DNA of 64,000 nt, taken from positions 10,912,001-10,976,000 of the forward strand of contig JBHGNT010000020.1 of assembly GCA_043228905.1 (NCBI GenBank). Direction: 5' to 3'. The DNA is from Azolla caroliniana (Eukaryota > Plantae > Polypodiophyta). This document shows, piece after piece, positions 59,616-64,000 of this stretch. Within the stretch, counting starts at the first letter, position 1; each line of letters opens with the position of its first letter. Made by a program: the position numbers and the translations under genes. A model generated the notes under the pieces. The model was not told the DNA's origin and did no database searches. It was given only the letters and a program-made list of their open reading frames with translations.

Positions 59616-62600
59616 CCTTGCACGTCGATCCCACATGCCTTGATCATAATCTTTCTTCGACCGGAATTTCCATCGGTTGTCTCAACGATCGACTCCCTTG
59701 ATCGGAGCGCTTGACTTGAACATCTCCTTTGGTCAGCGACTTCATCGACACGAACATTCCCATTCTGTCGGTTCACGAACTTCATCATGGGTCCAAAAGC
59801 ACATTGTGTGTATGTGTGTTCGTCCTTTAATTTTGTGTGAGTTGTCGTAGTCGATCACGTCTATTTCTTTAGGTGGATGAGTTTTTAAATTTGAGTATTG
59901 TAGCCTCAAATTTTCTAAACTAATGACAATGCCCTTTAGTTTTGAAAATTCTATTATATACCCTCGAAGTTTTAAAATTTCATTCAGTACCCTCCAATAT
60001 TTGTTACATGCCCCTTTTTTTTCTTTTTCCCTCTTATTTTGTGTTTGCTTCCTTGCTTTTTCTTCTTCCTCTTCTTGTTTCTTCTTATTCTTGTTTTCTA
60101 TTTGCGTTTTCGTTCTGTTATCATTGTCTGTTTGTTCTTCTTCTTTTTTGATTCTGCTTCATCTTTCTCTTCTTTTTATCTTCATCCTCTTTTCTCATTT
60201 TTCTTCCTTTTTTCACCACCAGTATGTCCATTGTCCGTGGCTGTGACCCGTGCTCTGTTTTTTTCTGTCGTTGTGGGTCGTTGTGTGTCTGTACAGCCTT
60301 CTCTGTTCATCTCCGTCTCGGTCTCTGTTTCCGTCTCTGTCTCTGTCAAAGTTGCCATCGATGTCCTCCGATGTTCGGATGTGGCTATCCGGCCGCCGCT
60401 TTCCGTTGCTGTTCTGCCATCGTTTGGCGTCGTTGTCGGCCCTGTCCGGCTATTCTCTGGTCTGCCATCTCTGTCTGGCTGTCTCAAATTTTTATGATCA
60501 GATGACGTTTGACTACCATTGTTGTCCAGCCATTCCGGCTCTTTCGCTCCTGTCCGGCCGCTCTGACTGTTGTCCGCCCACTCCGGACACTTCAGCTACT
60601 ATCCCAATCACTGTCTCTGTCCGATCGGGCCGCTGTTGGTCGGCCACCACTCTAGCCGCTGGTATGTGGCCCATTCCGATCATCGTTTGGCGGTTCTCTG
60701 TCCAGCCCGTCTGGCCACTCTCTCTTTGTTGGGCCCTGTCCGGTCGGTCTCTTTTCGCTATTCGACCCTCGGTTTGGCTGCTGCTTTCCCAGCCTCTCTG
60801 GCCTTTTCCATCTATTTCTTGGCCGTTGTCCGGCCACCACTTCGTTGCAGACTCCGTCACCGTCTTTATTGGTTTCCGTCCGTTTGAGTCCGCGTCTGTG
60901 TCTCTGGCTCCGTTACGGTCTCCGTTATGGTGTCGTTCAGCCACTTCGACCGCTCTCCGGCCGACGCTTTTCTAGCCTCTCATCAATCTCTATCGGTGTC
61001 GCCATTCTGGCCATCGATTCGTCTTAGACCGGCCCGTTCCTACCGGTTTTCCGGCTGTTGGTTCGGCTGTTGTCCGGTTGCTCCCATCTCTTGCCATTTC
61101 GATCGGCTTCTGCTCCGTCACCGTTGCTTTTATCAAGCTTTCTACTGTTCGTCCTCTGTTCGGCCAACTCCATCTTCAACCATTTTGGTTGGTTGTCGCT
61201 CCAGTGGCTGTTGTTTTTCTTCCGCTTTCCACTGTTCGGCCTCTGTCTAGCTAACTCCGTTTTCGGCTGGTGTCTTTTTGGCTTTGTCTCTACAGTCTTC
61301 TTTTGGCGTCATCATTGTTCCTACCACTGGTTGTCGAGTTTCCGTCGTCGCTCTAGGAACTTATTCGGCCATCATTCTCTGTTTGGTCCAGTGGTGTCTG
61401 TACGTGTTTGTGCAGTTCGACTATCCCCGGTGCGTCCAGGTTGTGTTGTTCATTTTTCTGGTCGTCGATGTATGTTGGTCTGCGTCCGCGTCTCCTTCTC
61501 CATTTGCTTTGGCCCTTCTGTGTTAACCTACTCACTTTCTTTTTCTGGTTCCACTCCCGGTTGTCTCCATGATAATTCTTATGGAACCTTCTCCCATGCA
61601 TTCTCAGCACTTCCGCACTGCTTCTTCCTCCGTTATCTCCTTGTGGGCTTCTCTTTCTGGTCGTGCTAGCGCTGGTTCCCTTTGTGTACTTGTATTCAGA
61701 GTGTCTTTGCCGGTTCCTTCTTCGTCTCTGTCTTTTTTGTTGTCTCTCGCACCACGCTTTCTCGCACATGCACTATGTCGTTAACCACACATTCGCACAC
61801 ACATCACCGTTCTCGCACTCTCATTAATTCCATTTCGGGTTCTCTTGCATCTACTTCCATCACGCATCATTCTACGACTTCCTCTCACCCAGCATCACCG
61901 TGTTACATTCCTTGATGGCTTCCAATCACCATCACCATTTCTTTGCACATCATCGATTTGATTTCTTGCACATTTCATTGTTGCCATGGCTTTTCCACGT
62001 ATTAGTCTTCGACTTCATCTTCAAAGGGAGGTCACCTTAGTGGTCGCCAAAAAGTCATTGTCGCCAAAAAGTGTTATTGGTTTTAGGGTTAGGGTATAGA
62101 GGATGAGGATGAATGGTAATGGTGTAATAGTAAAAATGATGGAGAGTATGATGGTGAGAGAGATGATGATGATGTTGAGAAGCATTGTGGGGTGGGGGGT
62201 GGTGCCAAGGGGGTTCAACGTTAAGGAGGAGAGAGAGAAAGAAAGATGTCATTGATCTTTCAATCCCGCAATCTTAACTCATCTCCATCATCATCAACAT
62301 TCATTACCATCATCGTCGTTAACCCTATGTCTATCTTCATCATTAATCACTATCATAATCATCGTTATCATTAACCCTAACCCTAAATCCCACAACACTT
62401 TTTGGCGACTACTAAAGCGACCCCCCTTTGAAGATGAAGTCGAAGACTAATACGCGGCAAAGCCATGACAACAACAAAATGTGCAAGAAATCAAATCGAT
62501 GATGTGCGAGAAATAGTGATGGTCATTGGAAGCTGTCGACGAATGTAACACAATGATGATGTGCGAGGGGAGGACGTTGAATGATATGCAATGGAAGGAA

Positions 62601-63839
62601 GCGTGGTGCATGAGATGACCGGAAGACGACGACGAACCGACAAAGACAGAAAAAGGTTGGAGAAGCCAGAATGCGGCCACCAAAACGAAGGTCGAGTAAT
62701 GGACAAGACGCCAGACAACGATGATGGAGCCGGAGAAGAAAACGAAGACGGCTAGGCAAGGACGACAACAACGGTCGGAGATAGAGCCGGAACAACGGAC
62801 AAGTGGCCAAATAGTGGCCGAGGAGCGGCCGGAGTGGCAGGAATAGTCGAATAGTGGCCGGAGTGGCCAGACGGGCTGGACAGAGAACCGCCAAACGACG
62901 ACCGAAATGGGCCGAACAGTCGGAATGGTGACGGAGCCGGGACGACGATCAGACGGCGGTGGCCACATACCAACGGCGGAAGGACCGGACAGAGATGGAC
63001 AACCACAGCCGGCCAACGGAAACGATGGCGGCAACCCAGAGAAGGAGATGGCGTGCAAGCAAAAGGGAGAGTGAAGGTCACATTTCCTCCCTACCCTGAA
63101 ACGCCAAAAATAGAACAAGGAAGAAGTGGAAGAAACAGAGGAAGAAAGAGAGAAGATTTGCAGAAGACGTCGAACAAGAAGAAGTCGCAAAGAAAGAAAG
63201 AAGAGAAATGATGAAGCAAAGAGGAAAGAGAAGAGCAATGCAGAGAAAAAGAAGAATAAGAGAAAGAAGTAGCAAACAAGAAGAGGAAGGAGAGGAAGAT
63301 AGAAGCCTCAGAAAAAAAGAAGACGAAGAAAAGAAAGAGAGAAGGGAAGAAGAAACAGAGAAAACATAAACACAGAGACGGATAGAAAGAGCAGGAAATA
63401 GAAGAAAGATACAAACCAACGGAAAGAAGGAAGAAGAAGAAATAGAAGAAAACACAAAAAGAGAGGGAAAAAGAAAAAAGAAAGGGGCATGTACAAAATT
63501 TAAAACCTCAACCGCGAGGGTACATAATTAAAATTTTAAAAATCAAAGGGCACCTACGAAATTTCAAAAACTCATCAACCTAAAAGAAATGGACGCGATC
63601 GACACACAACACACAAAATCAACAAAAGGAAGATACACATACATACAACGTTTTCGGACCTATGATATCAATGTTCGTGAACCAATAGAACGGGAATGTT
63701 CATGTCGATGAAGATTCGCTGACCGATGAAGATGTTCGAGTCAAGTGCTCCGATTGAGGGAGTCGATCATTGAGAGGACCAATGGAAGTTCCAGTCAAAG
63801 AAAGATTATGATCAAGGCATGTGGGATCGACGTGCAAGG
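59616..63839. mobile_element. ~4.2-kb foldback-like long inverted repeat, non-coding
   Basis: CCTTGCACGTCGATCCCACATGCCTTGATCATAATCTTTC (59616) is the reverse complement of the sequence ending at 63839. TATTAGTCTTCGACTTCATCTTCAAAGGG (~62000) is inverted at ~62425-62451. CT-rich and TCCGGCC-rich blocks are mirrored in both arms. Confidence 0.85.
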
Positions 63840-64000
63840 CACTCTCCCACGGGTGTGCCATATTGTGTTACTGTACGAAATGTACTGGTGATTGATAAGT
63901 GTGATAAGTGAGGGTGAAAGATGTAATGCGTTGATATGTATGTGTAATGTTATATGTTAAGAATTAGGTAAGTAATTAAAGGTAGATTAATTAGTACCTA

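Noticed and set aside
62081-62390. Interstitial telomere or chromosome-fusion site
   Set aside because: Only about two repeat units per side, embedded in the inverted-repeat arms. Too short to imply a fusion.
59923-63496. Numerous 60-260 aa ORFs on both strands
   Set aside because: Low-complexity Phe/Ser/Leu/Arg-rich translations of CT-rich and GC-rich foldback arms, with no domain motifs.

Overview
Eukaryotic nuclear DNA from a land plant, most consistent with a large-genome fern. This is inferred from the PLS-PPR style, RTEX-like LINEs, non-chromovirus Phygy/Selgy-type Gypsy and abundant microsatellites. Three host genes are supported: (1) an intronless-CDS TFIIS-N-domain/GW/EAR protein of the SUO family lacking a BAH domain (7071-10730), with a probable 5'-UTR intron containing a long hairpin; (2) a PLS-class PPR protein truncated in its E region (12751-15216); (3) a two-exon 73-aa protein with the conserved plant 'VQSCGYEDVHVMW' motif (34005-36071), absent from the ORF track. 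The rest is transposon debris: LINE fragments, solo LTRs, a TIR element and a plastid atpA fragment. From 39.1 to 63.8 kb there is a nested stack: a Gypsy element with a Copia in its 5' LTR region and another in its 3' LTR, a very young 1.9-kb internally deleted mini-Copia inside the second Copia, and an abutting ~4.2-kb foldback inverted repeat. The most striking non-annotated signal is that three different Copia elements each have a stem-loop enclosing the PPT/3'-LTR junction, two of them also with a duplicated PPT bracketing extra sequence. All calls were made by eye and boundaries of degraded elements are approximate.
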